Part shown: positions 20,890-34,213 of the stretch, one piece after another
Numbering within the stretch: position 1 is the first letter of the stretch
Layout of the letters: every line of letters begins with the position of its first letter
Assembly (NCBI GenBank): GCA_964247055.1
Contig: OZ176052.1
Location: 10,106,001-10,170,000, forward strand
From: Paragordius varius
Taxonomy: Eukaryota > Animalia > Nematomorpha
Length of the DNA stretch: 64,000 nucleotides
Reading direction: 5' to 3'
Program-made: the position numbers and the translations under genes
The notes under the pieces: generated by a model
Database searches by the model: none
The model's input: the letters and a program-made list of their open reading frames with translations, nothing else
What the model was told of the DNA's origin: nothing

Positions 20890-22010
20890 TTTTTAATAAA
20901 CTAATTGCGCGCGTTCACCATTTAAAATTTATGAAACAATAGCCCCCCAATGCAAGTAGGCGGCGGTCACTGAAAATCATATACTGGTTTATGGTCTTTT
21001 GTGTACAGTGGCGCGTTTGGGCCTGCTACACCCTTTTCTTAATACACCTTGATACGCAGGCTGAAAGATATCATTAATGGTCAATGTTTTTTTACTTTTG
21101 TCTATAAATTCGGGGTGATATTCTTTATAACACCTCGCGTTTTTGTAAATGGTGTCATAATTGTTCAAACTATGAAAAGTGTCATGAATGTGTCATTCAT
21201 CCAGATAATATCGTCATATCTGGGTGCTGTATGCCACTTTTTATTGTCGCCAGCATTAAATTGATATTCGTGGGTTTAGAGAGTTATCCTAATTCCTGGC
21301 TGGTCTCCCTTCCGGCTTCGCGCTCTAACGCGCTCCAATAGACTCAAGCGCTCTCGTTCTCTTTTGCCATTATGTATCTCGATTTCTTTTTCAATTAGTT
21401 CATTCTTAATTTTACCCCTCAGGCCTTTCCGGGTCCCATTCAAGACTGCGTCAATAAATATGTCCCATGCAATTCATGTCCAGTGCAATTTTTCCATACC
21501 ATGATTGTTTATATTTCTAGTATGCATGTCCATCTTCAATTAGGGTACCTTTCACAGTGGGCTTTGGAGTAATGCCGAATTCGGTAAGCCATTATGTTTA
21601 AACCAGCTGGACCAGTTTTATAGGGAATATCAAGGTTTTTTGTGGAGGTCAGGTATGTATGTATCTCCACTGATGCGCCGAAGGCATTTATTTGTAAAAA
21701 CCTGTACTTTTTTATGTGTTTGTGCATGTAACGCCATACCGATAATCCATATGGTATGCGAAGGGATCAAGCATTTAAAGGTTTTCAGTTTAATCCCTAC
21801 CTTCTTGGATTACCACAGACCAAGTCCGTTAAAGATTAAGTTAGTCAGGCCCAATCTATTTGGGCAACATTACCCAGATATTGTATTTAAAAGTTATAAT
21901 ATTTACATGACTTGGCATCCTGAGTCTAAATATTTGCGCTCCTGGTATTTTTATATGTGTTGGTAACCACCGCCCACACAAAACACCGCCAATTCCTTAA
22001 TCTTAAGGTT
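20890..22010 (-). mobile_element. Decayed, 5'-truncated RTE-like non-LTR retrotransposon fragment
   Basis: The minus strand, with stops and frameshifts, reads KYLDS..RLG..IF..LW*SKKVGIKLKTFKC..PYG.SVW..KKVQVFTNKCLRRI..SWF.H..TPKPTVKG..KQSWY. This is the post-RT C-terminal pattern of RTE-clade LINEs, and GC content is above the local background. The ends are approximate. Confidence 0.75.
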
Positions 22011-22624
22011 CATTTTTGGGTTTAAAATATTTAAATAACTTATTAAGAGCATGTATTAATCAAAAAATCATATTTTAGAATTTCGTTTATCGATTTTGCG
22101 TGAAAAAATTTTCTAATTAATCTTTTTTATCCATTTGATCCGCCATCTCCGCTTCATTCAATTGCTAGTAACAATAAATTTCTCAATTCAACTATCGTGC
22201 TTCTAATATAATTTTTAACTTTGAGAATGAACGTTCCGCTGAAGCAACCGTAACTAATAAAGTCAAAAACATAATGCTGTTAACTAACTGGCTGAAACTG
22301 TTGGATACTTTATAATTTATAGCACTGCAAAATGCCTTATATAGTTAATTTGAGCGATCTCATCCTTAAGCGAATTAGAAACCGACACTATTTGAATTGG
22401 AAAATATTCACTAAAATCATTTGAATAATTAATTATTAAATTTAAGCTGAATTGATAATTTCTACTTCACTCATTTTAGTTAACTCTCTTATTCTTTGAC
22501 AGTGTACTTACAATCGGGAAATAATCATTTACATATTTATATTAAAAAAAGATTGAATTTTAAACCACCCGCAAAATGGAAAGGGGACCCAAATTTAATA
22601 TAAATAATAAAGGGTTCCTGTTTC

Positions 22625-22674
22625 ACCTAGGGCCCCTGGACTGCTCTCCCTAGCTCCCCGTAGTTTCGCCACTG
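22625..22674 (-). mobile_element. GC-rich terminus of a probable hAT-like MITE
   Basis: Reverse complement starts CAGTGGCGAAACTACGGGGAGCTAGGG; the partner end is not convincingly identified. Confidence 0.35.
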
Positions 22675-22974
22675 TGTTCTAATCTCCCATCCCCATTTCC
22701 GGTTTTGGTAAAGTTTATTGATTCTTAATGCGTTTAAAACTGATTGTATTGATTTTTCTGAGTCTCTGATTATACAAAAGTGGTCCGTATAACAGAAAAT
22801 ATGGAAGAAGCTTTTGTAAAATAATGCACATAACTTGTTGATTCATTCATTGCCATGTTGGACAATTCATGGGTCAGCCGGAATCCTGTTTAAGGTCTCT
22901 CATGGGGTGGATATAGTTTGATTTAGCATTTTCTAGTCTGTGCGACACCTTGTTTCCGTGTGTAATCAAATGCA

Positions 22975-23150
22975 TCATAAATAATTTTTAAAGTTTTCTA
23001 CATTTAACGTGGTCGGATACGCCCACAACCACTGACACAGCAGCCAGATATGATGATAATACAATATCTGGATGAACAACACACTTATGACGCTATTCAT
23101 AGCTTGAACAACTAGGACGCCATTTAGAGATATTAATATGAAAATAGGGT
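22975..23150 (+). mobile_element. Second short fragment related to the 3' part of the RTE-like element, in opposite orientation
   Basis: CCAGATATGATGATAATACAATATCTGGATGAACAACACACTTATGACGCTATTCATAGCTTGAACAACT aligns with the reverse complement of ~21140-21235. Confidence 0.6.
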
Positions 23151-24682
23151 ATACCATATGAAAAATTCTAATTATTTTATGTGTAAGGTTAAATTACGCC
23201 AACCTAGGATAACTAGGTTTATAACCCAAACTTGGACTCTTTACAACAAACTGCAAATACATCAATTACAATATTTATAACGTATCATTATATTCTTAGA
23301 GACGTCTTTTACGACTTGATACTGCTGTTGAAAAAATCAGAATATAATCTAAAAAGAATTCCCGTGGTTAAAATGAATCAGATAAAATTATATTTTCGGC
23401 ATAAAAGTTATGGTCCTTAAGTTTAATATGAAAGAACATATATTGATAATGAAAATTACAATTATATTTTATATCAAAATAAAGCATATTCAATCTAAGC
23501 TTGTAATTCTTTAAAAATAGGATTTAATTATAAATCATTTCTTGATATAAATTCCTTTATGAGTTTTTAAATGTTAATAAAATAATTTAACAGAAAAACG
23601 ATAACAATTGTGATAAAAAAATCAAATTGAGATTTTAAAACATATATATTCAACTTATTCTTTATTATTTAAAGTTTTTGTTTTGTTCTGTTTTTTGGTT
23701 ATCAATATAATAGACTTAGCAGTGTTAAAATTATCAAATATTTGACCCCCTGCGATGTTTTAAGCCATGATTAAATCAAATTATTGAAAAACAAATAAAA
23801 ATTTGAACAAATGTTTATCAAAAATATCGAAAGTTACCTAGATCGAATCTGTAGAACATATGATTACATCAATCCACGAAATACACTAATTATCACATTT
23901 TCATTTTATTACGTGCGATGATATTCTGGGTTAGTTTTCCCCAGTGCTTTAAATATGAAAAAAACTATGGTTTCATAAGTTCCCAAATTTACGAACCTTC
24001 CTCTTCTCTATAAATGAAATTCTAGTTTATAAAAATTTTTTACAGATATAAATATCTCCAAAATGCAATTAAAACGTTCAACTTTGTAAAAAAATAAATC
24101 AAAAATACAAAGTTTATTTAAGTTATTAACCTTAATATACAAGGTCAAAAATAGCCTGCTAAAATATATGGTGCTCTTAAGGCCCTTGAGTGATTTAAGA
24201 AAGTTATATTTGTGGTTAGGGTTCCATATCAGAAAATAGTAGGATTTGCCTACATTTTTTAAAATAAAATTTTTTTGGTAGCTAGGGGCTCCCATTCAAA
24301 AATATCACTAAAATTATCATAAATTACGAATAAAAACCAAAATGATTTTTCAGGAAATTTTGATTTTTAGAGTAGTCTTCGAGAGTCCAAATTTTTTTGT
24401 TATTCGAGTTGATTCATATAAACGCAAAAATACCAAGGTGGGATAAAATAATTTTCAAACTAAAAATTTTCTTTAATAAATGTATATATTTTTCAAAATT
24501 TAGTAATTAGCAAAATTTTGTTGAAGGGTACCTGTTACTTTTTTAAGGCGTAGAAACGGTATAAAACCCTTTAGATTTAAAATTCTTTTTATATCTAATG
24601 CTGAACATTTTCACTTCAGAATATTAAGGGTCCGTTTGCTTTATCAATTTATCATAAATATGAAAACGAAAGAATGTTTTAA

Positions 24683-25246
24683 TTAACACTTGGGGACGAC
24701 ACATTCATTTCAGTCCTTCGATTCTGGGGTAGTTGGATATCCAAGGCTTGTTTAAAATTAAATTCTCTAAAAAACATGGAAGGAATCGAGAAAATGGCAA
24801 AATTTCGCACTTATATGACATTAATAAACCAAAATATATAAAAAAAATTAATCAAAAATACTTCTTATTACATAAGCTAAAACCAAAAGGTAAAATTTTA
24901 GTCAACGTGACATGTGTGCAATGGTAAAATTAAAATAATACAAAATAAACCGCTTTTTCAATTCAATGTTAGCTGTCATATAAAAAATTAGCTTTAATTT
25001 TACCCTTAAAATTAAATGAAGACGATGTTTAGCAAAAATTTTGTAAATAAAAATGGCGTCGAAATAGTTTGACATGACACTTTTTTTCAAAATAAATTTT
25101 TTTTCAGGTATTTTGGCATTATATAATTTTTATTAGGATAGAAGCAAAAATTTAAATTGTGACCGTTTCCTTCAGTAGTTTTTTAAAAATCTTAATTTAA
25201 ATTTTGTCTGGGGTATTTAGACACCATAATTTAAATCGAATGTTAA
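24683..25246 (+). mobile_element. ~560-bp non-autonomous DNA element flanked by TTAA (piggyBac-like MITE), copy 1
   Basis: Begins TTAA-CACTTGG and ends ATCGAATG-TTAA; colinear with 56535-57101 and with the reverse complement of 32629-33184. Confidence 0.75.
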
Positions 25247-27033
25247 AATTCTGATATGATAGTAATGTTCAGCATCATCGAATTAGATGAAAAGGGGTTT
25301 TTATTATATTTTATAGTTTTCACACTCCATTACTTTTCGCAGTAGATTTATAATTTAATTATCTTAAAATTAAGGTAAGGCGAATTAAATATTAAGATTT
25401 ATTGTCTTTTTTTGTATTTTACAAAATATTTTTTTAAAAAAATTAAAACTTTAAAAAATTACTCGGCTCAAAACATTTTTGCCGCCATTTTTCTATAAAT
25501 TCTTTTTAATCGCTACAGCAGGCAAATAAATGTATGAACTAATTAACATAAAATAGCGTACATTTTACAAGCAAAATGATATTTATTGATTTTAACACCT
25601 GTTCGTATCATCCCATTTTAGCATCTAGAAGGCACAAAACTGCAAAAATATAAGATTTTCCTAAACATGAGAACAATGTTCGATATATTTCAACTAAATA
25701 ATTTCAAGAAAATTTTTTTACGCAATTGAGCTCTGGGATAATTACCCCTAAAAGGTAAACTAAGAAAAAAAGTGAAAAGGTAATGGAGTATTAAGTTTTC
25801 ATCATGAGTCAAAATAGTGTGAAATACGCTTCGAATTTGATGTGAAAATTCATCAATATATTATTATAGCGCAATCTCTGCATTTTTGCGTTTATTATAT
25901 AATCAATCTATTTTGGAAGAGCGAATAAATTTGGGGCTCTCGAAGCCCATTCTAAAAATTAAAAAATTTGAAAATATTTTTTTTCTTTTAAGTGATGTTT
26001 ATGATATATTTTAGACATATTTTATTGGAATAAAGTCTAGCTTTACAAAAAAAAATGTTTAAAAAAATGTGAAATTTTGCCATTATCTGCTATGGAGCAC
26101 TTAGCCCAAAAGTGTAAGTAACTTTTTATATCACTTAGGCCAGAAAATTCTGATTTTCCTATCAGAATTATATTTTATAGGTTATTCTTTTATCACCTGA
26201 TTTTGCACGCAGTATATGCATGATTTTTAAGATTTAAAAAAAATGGCGGCTAAAGATGATTTTTTTACAAATTTACATTTTTAAAAAATATAGTATCATG
26301 AGAGCCTAAAAATTTAAAAAAGTATATTTTTAAATTTGGCCCCAAAAAATATTTTTTAATATTTTTAGCACGGTGTGCGTAGAAACTACCACCAAAAGGT
26401 CATATGTAAAATATTTTATAGCAGAGGAGTATTTCATACTATTTGGCATAATGAAACCCGTTTAACGGCTTTGAGATATTATACACTTTAGCTATATAAC
26501 TTAAAAATTCTGAGGTGATAATGTTCAGATCTTATATGGAAAAAGTTATAATATCTAAAAGGGTTTTAATACCGTCATGCCCCGAAATAGTATAAGGTAC
26601 GCTTTCACAAAACTTTGCTAAAATTTAAATTTATGAATTTAAATTTCGCGTAACGGCAATTTTGCGTTTATTTTAAGAAACATGCCCATTTTATGAAAGC
26701 GAAAAAATTTAAGAGTTTCGGGGCTACTATTTATAAATTAAATTTATTTTAAAATATTATTTTGCCTTTTATATGTAGTTTATATTACCTTTGGTTACGT
26801 TTTTTGGAAAATAGCATTCATCTTTCGCCAAAAATTATTTGAAGAATGTGCGCAAATTTTGCATATTCTGATATGGAAAAGTTATCACAGAAGTGAGTAT
26901 AATCTTCTTTAATCACTCGTAATGATCAAAATCAAAACCGATAATCCTAATACATTTGCCTATAAAATATGTATATTTTATCAATATATTCCATTTTGTA
27001 CGCATTGTTATACAAAAGAGCATTAATAAAAAA

Positions 27034-27113
27034 CAAAAAACACTAAAATAACTTTGGCGACTAAAATAAATCCTGATTTATTTTAGTCGCCAAAGTTATT
27101 TTAGTGTTTTTTG
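27034..27113. repeat. Perfect 39-bp inverted repeat with a 2-nt spacer
   Basis: CAAAAAACACTAAAATAACTTTGGCGACTAAAATAAATC-CT-GATTTATTTTAGTCGCCAAAGTTATTTTAGTGTTTTTTG. Confidence 0.97.
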
Positions 27114-30100
27114 ATAGACTAGTATAAAATCATGGTTAAAAAATAACAATTAACTTACAAATGACAGCATATACATTATAGTTAAGAATATTAGGATAAT
27201 TGCCCTTTTACAACTTAAATAAAAACTTTTTAAAAGTAAAACATTTTTATAATTAGCATAATGTTTGATAACCATATTTTCAAAATACTTTTAATATAAT
27301 ACCTATTTCTTTAGGCTGGGATATTAATCCAAAATGTATACTTTTAATTTAATTTAATTAAAAATCTATATTAATATGTATAAAAACGATATTGTGTCCA
27401 ATTTAAAAATAATTCTTTAGTCTTTTGGGTCTTAAAATAGAATTTTTCCCTCATAATTTTCCGACGTCATCTTTTTAGATTTTTTTATATCGCTTGCATA
27501 AAGCATAAATTTATATTTTACTTAAAAGTGTAAATAATTACCTGAAAAGCTTTTACATTTTTGTTGATTTTAAACTCAGCTTATGTTTCCAACTGATTTC
27601 AGAGCCATTCATTTGGACATTAAAAGTTAGGTAATTGTAAAAAATATAGACTTTTTTAATACAAGAGTACAATGTTTGATCATACATTTTAACCAAGAAG
27701 TTTATAAACATTAGGTTATCTACAAATTCTAGGCTATGAAACGACTCCAAAAATTAATATATGCAAAAAATGAATATACAAAAAAATGTTAAACTCTATT
27801 TCGTTTTTTATGTAAAATTTTGGGTATTTTATAGCCTTAAATTTGTAAGATATATGTCTAGACGTTATTTTTGAATTATCATATTTTTAAGCTTTGGGCA
27901 AAATTAATTTAGACAGCGCTCGAATCCACTTGAAACAGATATCTGCTCAATTTGCTGTCGTTTTTATTTTAATACATTTTAACTATGAAAACGCATCAAT
28001 AAAAATTTATTTCCTAATTATATACCATTAACAATAAAGAGGGTCATTGAAAGACTCACAGAATGGTATTGCATGCCATAAAATTCAATGAACATACCTT
28101 GTTAAATGCAGTAAAGGTTATTATTTTATAACTATCATATATTTAAGGTATACCCAATATATCACCTTCTAAAAAGGATTTAAGCCCTATATAAAAAAAG
28201 AAAATTTTTACAAAACATCCAATATATATAAATATTATAAATAATTTTCCTATACAATTTGATAAACATATATCGAAATTTTTTAATTTAAGTTTTTATG
28301 CCTCAGCGGGATCAATAGCCAAAATGGCACAAATTTAATCACAATTTTAGGGTAAATTGGTCCATTTTTTTCTGCATCGAATTTCATAGGAAAAGTAAAC
28401 ATATATTGGATGTTTTTGAAAAATTATACGTTAGCTTTTGTGCCATTTTTGACGCGTTATATTAAATTAACTCTAAATTAGTAAATAGATAGGCAAAATA
28501 AAAATTGAAATTTTTACCGCATAATAACAAGTTTTTTTTTATTCAAAATTGATAAATTGCGATAACTTAAATCTTAGTCCTTTAAAGACTCTCTTAAAAT
28601 TAACAATCGAATATTTTGCGCTTAGATATTATTTATAGCAAATATTCTAAAAATTAGTTAACAGATTTAACATTATATATGAAAAAATGCAATTTTATCA
28701 TTTTCTAATTATAGAAATATTTAAATAACTCTTTTTTAATATTTTAAACGTATTTATCTTTTCCATATTTAATATATACTTTAATCCCATTTTCAATACT
28801 AATGTAAATTTTGATATTGTATTTATATATTAATTTAAATAATAATTAATACTGTTTAAACCCCTATTCCTGTTTCATTGCTTTAAACCAGGAGTTTTCA
28901 ACAGGTGGTTTCGGAGATACTTGTGGCTTTTTTTGATTTTAGGTGGCGATGTAATTTTAAATTTTTTACTTAAAATTTTAAATTGATTCTCAATTTTTTT
29001 TAGAATATTTATTTTTTTCTCATACATTCATTTATTTAATTTTCTTTAATACCTGATATTTAGTTTACTTGCCACTGGTAAACTTTTTTTAATAATTATT
29101 TGGTGAAAGAGCCATATTTCTAAAAACCACTCTCATTTTTAATAAGCAACACCCAATTATGAGAGTTATATACGCATTCGAAAATATTTGCAATTAGTGT
29201 TTATTTATTTATTTACAGCTCATTAGGAACCTAAGTGGGGTAAGTTTAAATTGTCTTCTGTGAAAAATTCCATTGATTTTTCGAATAGAATTCATGTGAA
29301 CCATTCTATATTTGTGCTTTCATCAATGGCAGATATTAAAGCATATGTTTAAATTTTCCATGCATTTCATCAAATTTTTCGTTTTTACATTTATTAGTCC
29401 AATTTAGATAGCAATATTATAATATTTTGCTAATTATTTTTATTTATATGAAAATTAACACGTATATAATTTATATAATAAAGTTATTTGATACTTATGT
29501 CTTGATATATATTAATGCAAATGTGGCGCACGGATTTTTGAGGTCGAAAATGTGGCTCTTCACGCGATTTGTGTTGGATACGCTGCTTTTAACTGTTTTA
29601 TTTGGTAAAATAGTTTCAAAGGTTATTTTGTCAGGGGTTCTAATATCACAAAATAACAAATTATAATTAGATTTATATTTAATAAAAATCGTTACAACTG
29701 AATTTATCATACTGTATATTTATTTTTTGAGCTAATGTATTTCTCCTTTAACTATTTTTTTAAGACTTGGAATATAAATATGATTTCATTTAAAATAAAT
29801 GTGTGGCCCATTGGTTATTAACAAGATCATACAACGGCACTACAGCCCTTTGTGAGTGAGCTTTATAGGATTAGTTGACACAATATTGCTAAGCTATATA
29901 AATAAAGAAAAAAAAATCTAAAAACTAATTTATCCAATTTTATTTAATACCCTGATTTTTTGATTTTTTATTCTCTATTTCTTCCGCGCTTCACTATATG
30001 GATATAGCGTGTTAAAATCTTAGAATTAAATAAATTTTTATTTAAATATATATCAATAAAAGTAATATCAAAGATGAAGATGTTTAATATTTGTTATGAT

Positions 30101-32628
30101 AAATAGATGGCATGTTTAATGTATATATAAGTTTTTAATCGAAAATATAAACAATCGGACAAACATTTCTTAAATAAATTAGGCTCGAATAATAAAATTA
30201 ATAAATGTATATCATTTAGGGGAATGTATGGTACGATTGGTTAATATATCCTGCGAGTTTTACAATAGTTCGTAAATGATGAAACAACCCTTCTCTATGA
30301 CATTTATGAATACAAACATTTAGCCAATCCTTTTCTGATCCAACTTTTTTTCTTCTTACAAACCATTTCGCAAAAAAATTAATTTATAAAGTATTAACAT
30401 ATTTTCGAACCAACTGGAATCCAAGTCATTCCTGAGGTAGATTTAACGGTTTACGAACCGGTTTTGTTGGTCCCAAACTTTATGAGCCAAATCTACAATT
30501 GTATATCAAAACACAATCTATAAGAAAAATAAATGAGGCAAATGGGAAAGTTTGTAATATCTTTCGGATCTAAGGAATAAATCTATATTCATCTTCAAAA
30601 AATGAAACTACTTCCCAGAACTGAAAATATAGAATTTTGCGTGGAAAATTTTCTATTTATGTGAACTGTAATATGCACCGCTAATGTAACTTTAAATGAT
30701 AAAATTTTAATATTTTTAAATCTGTGGCCAAAATATTTTGAAAGCCTGATACGGCCCGTGGGCTGAGGTTCGCGTACTACTGATATATATTGTGGTTCAT
30801 TTTTTCTGTTTGATCAATTCCTTATACGCTAAAGTTTACAGTTTCTTGCCAGACTCATTAATTAATAAGGTAAATTTCCTTAATCTATGGATTAAAAGTG
30901 GTTCTCTTAAAGTGTTATAGGTAAAATATTAAAAAAATGTCCGTATGATTATTCCATTACATTAAGTACGAGAAAAAAAATGTTATCGTATAATAAATTC
31001 TTTTTAGAAATGATATATTTTAAAATTATGATGGCCATTTCATTTTGTTGATCTAGAAAAAATATTATTATACAATCAATATTAAATAATAATTATTACA
31101 ATAAATATTATTTTTAAAAATAATATAATAGAAAAACCACTTATTTTGGAGTTGGATGCGAAACCGACCTAGTTCCGGGTCGGTCGAAAACTGAATTCGG
31201 CTGCTTTCTGTGAATTTTAAAATGGAACCGGAACCGGGTTGGTTCCAACCTAAAGGCACCACTTCATGCTAAAACCTCATGAACCAGGTTCCGGTTCGAG
31301 GCCCTGATTATTAGGTATCATTTTGGGGCTTTTTTTTTAAATATGATTATATCTCTCAATTCCAAAATTAATTATGGCAAACACCATATTAGAGATAGAT
31401 ATGATTACACCAGTTTAGTTATGTTAAAAGCTTGCCATCAATATTTTGCGTAGGAATAATTGTGAAAAACGACTAAATATATTTGTAACAATAGATTAAA
31501 CATATAACAAAACATCGCTGTTTGGGGATAATTTTGAACCGAGCTTCAGCTTTTTAAAGCCATGTTTAAAAAATGTATCATAATTTTTCGCCACCATTTT
31601 TTCTATATTTTTTAACACTTCGGTTAAAAATGGAATTACTAGTAACCCGAGACCATATTTAAATTAATATTATTGCAAAATGTAAAAGACGGTTTCGAAT
31701 TTATCCCTCTATGCTAATAATAATTATATAAAGAACCAAATTATCTAATGCAATTGAGTTTTGATTAATCATGTCTAATAACTTCGAAGTCACGGATGTA
31801 AACTGAAAAAGTGGCTTTCGCATTATTACATTTAGAGGTAATCCACACACGCCATTTCGGCTAATTTTTCTTAAGTTCCATAAAATAAGTGATATCAATT
31901 TTTTTATGGATTTTTTTTATATTTCGGTTGATTAATATGAGTGCAAACTCTTAAATTAGTTTCCATTTATTCCATATTTTAATTTAATTTTAAACACATT
32001 AATGACCCCAATCCGAATTGGAAAACTTAAATAAATATATTCTATCCAAGTGATAAATTTCATAAATCAGCTGTTTATTTTAATCGGGATTCGGCTCTAA
32101 TCCAATTTCGGACTTCAGAACTTAAAACAATAAAACATATATGCTTTTTATCTAATAGTTTAATGCCTGATTTCAACACAATCATTGCCGTCCCCGATTC
32201 AAATTGCGTTTAGAGATCCCACGCTTGTTTAATATCAAATGTTTATAAAAATATGGAACAAATTTAAATTATTTCAAATTGCAATTATGTATCATTTATG
32301 TGACTAAATATAAAAAGTCATTTAAAATTTTTGTGAAATTTAACCCTCAAGGTAAAAAGTTTAATCACCCTGACATGTGTATATTAACTTGATATAAAAA
32401 TATTGCAATATCACTTTTTTTGTCTGTATCAATGTTAGATGTAATTTAAATATAAAATTAGCTTCAATTTTAGCTTTACAATCAAATAAACACGATATTT
32501 TACAAAAATGTTAAATTAAAAGACGTAGTAGTTTGCTATGGATCTTTTTTCCAAAACATATTTAAATATTATAGCTTGTTTATATATTTTCTAGTTGGAT
32601 AAAGTATAGATTTAAATTGATATTGTTT

Positions 32629-33184
32629 TTGACACTTTAATTCAAATTGGGGATCTAAATACCCCAGACTTAATTAAAGTTAATATTTTAAAAAAATACT
32701 GAAGGAAACGGTCCCAATTCAAATTGTTTTTATCCTAATAAAAATAATATTAATAAGCCAAAATATCTAAATAAAATTTCGTTTTAAAAAAGTTGCATGT
32801 CAAACCATTTGGAAGCCATTTTTATTTACAAAATTTTTGCAAATATCGTCTTTCTGGAATCCAAAGGTAAAATTGAAGCTAACTTTTTATTAAATTACAT
32901 CTAACATTAATTAAAATAGAAAAAGTGTTTTATTTTTTATTTTTTAATTTTACCATTGCAGACACACGTTGACTAAATTTTTACCTTTCGGTTTTAGCTT
33001 AAAATAAGTAATATTAAGTATTTTTGAAAATAACTTTTTTTCATATGTTTCGGTTTATTAATGTTATATAAGAAAATTTTTTCCATCTTCCTTTTTTTAA
33101 AGAATTTAATTTTAAACAGGCCTGGGGTATCCAACCACCCAATTTGAATCGAAGAACTAAAATGAAGTTGTATACAAGTGTTAA
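32629..33184 (-). mobile_element. TTAA-flanked MITE, copy 2 (inverted)
   Basis: Ends CAAGTG-TTAA at 33184; contains CAAATTGGGG..AAATACCCCAG, CTGAAGGAAACGGTC and CACGTTGAC, which are reverse complements of blocks in copies 1 and 3. Confidence 0.72.
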
Positions 33185-33618
33185 GAGTTATTAAAAAACT
33201 ACTTAAATATATGGGTCTTTGTATACCTTTATTTAAATCAAAGTTTTAATATGACTCGATTTCAAAACAATCTTCTAAACAGTAATTTATTTGTATGTTT
33301 TGTCCGGATACAAAGCTGCTAAATTTAATCGCCTAGAAAAAAATGAAGAGTGAATGCCAAATCAATAATACTCTGCTAAATGATTAAATAAGTTTTGGTT
33401 AATTTTATGACCTTCTTATTTTTTTATATCAGATCTAAATAAGGCTAAACTTTAAAATGTTTTTATCTCCCCAAAAAATCTTTTTGTGATGGCAAATCTT
33501 TATTAGCATACCCATTTGAAACACAGATAAATTCAATAACCTATTGCTTCATTCAAATAAAATCGATATTACTATAAATGACTTTTATATAAAAATGGCT
33601 TATTACACCCTTAACTTA

Positions 33619-33705
33619 TTAATACTTGGACACAACTCATTCTTCGGTTTAAAATGAGGTAGTCAAATACCTCAGGCTTGTTTAAAATTAGATATCCTAA
33701 AAAAT
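33619..33705 (+). mobile_element. 5' fragment of the TTAA-flanked MITE family
   Basis: TTAATACTTGGACACAACTCATTCTTCGGTTTAAAATGAGGTAGTCAAATACCTCAGGCTTGTTTAAAATTA resembles the first ~90 bp of copies 1 and 3. Confidence 0.5.
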
Positions 33706-34213
33706 GAGTAATAAATTGAAACCATAGTTAAAATTTTCATATATTTAATGAACCAATATATAATAGTAAATCATTCAAAAATACTTGATATTATTCAGAG
33801 GTATAACCCAGAAATAAAATAGCCGGCATGACACGTCGGCATAACAATATGCAAAATATACCATTTTCTCTATTTATATCAATAAATGTGATTTACTAAA
33901 ATATTAAACTTAATTCTAGACTTAAAATAAAACACGAGAGTTTGCAAAATTATTGTAAAATAAAAATGGGGTTCAAGTAGTTTGATGCGAATATTTTTTA
34001 ACAAAATTTTATATAATTGCTTATTTTTATATATTTTATTAGAATGGAAATAAAAATTTAAATTTAAACCGTTCAGTTGTTTTTAGCAATTATTTAAATA
34101 TTAACTGGATGCACCCAATTTAAATTGAAGTGTTAAGCGCATATATTTTGTATATTGTGTTTTTGATATTTCAGCTGTTACAATTATCGGCATGAGCGAT
34201 ATTTAAAAATTTG

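Noticed and set aside
30200-30375. Minus-strand peptide fragments (RRKKSWIRK.., EGLFHHL..) faintly like a PIF/Harbinger transposase N-terminus
   Set aside because: Requires frameshifts, is short, and no DDE core follows; a tblastn search would be needed.
31150-31310. Cluster of GAACCG/CCGGTT motifs ending in CCCTG; similar patches near 35-80 and 45600-45640
   Set aside because: Probably subterminal repeats of a decayed DNA transposon, but the second terminus and TSD could not be defined.
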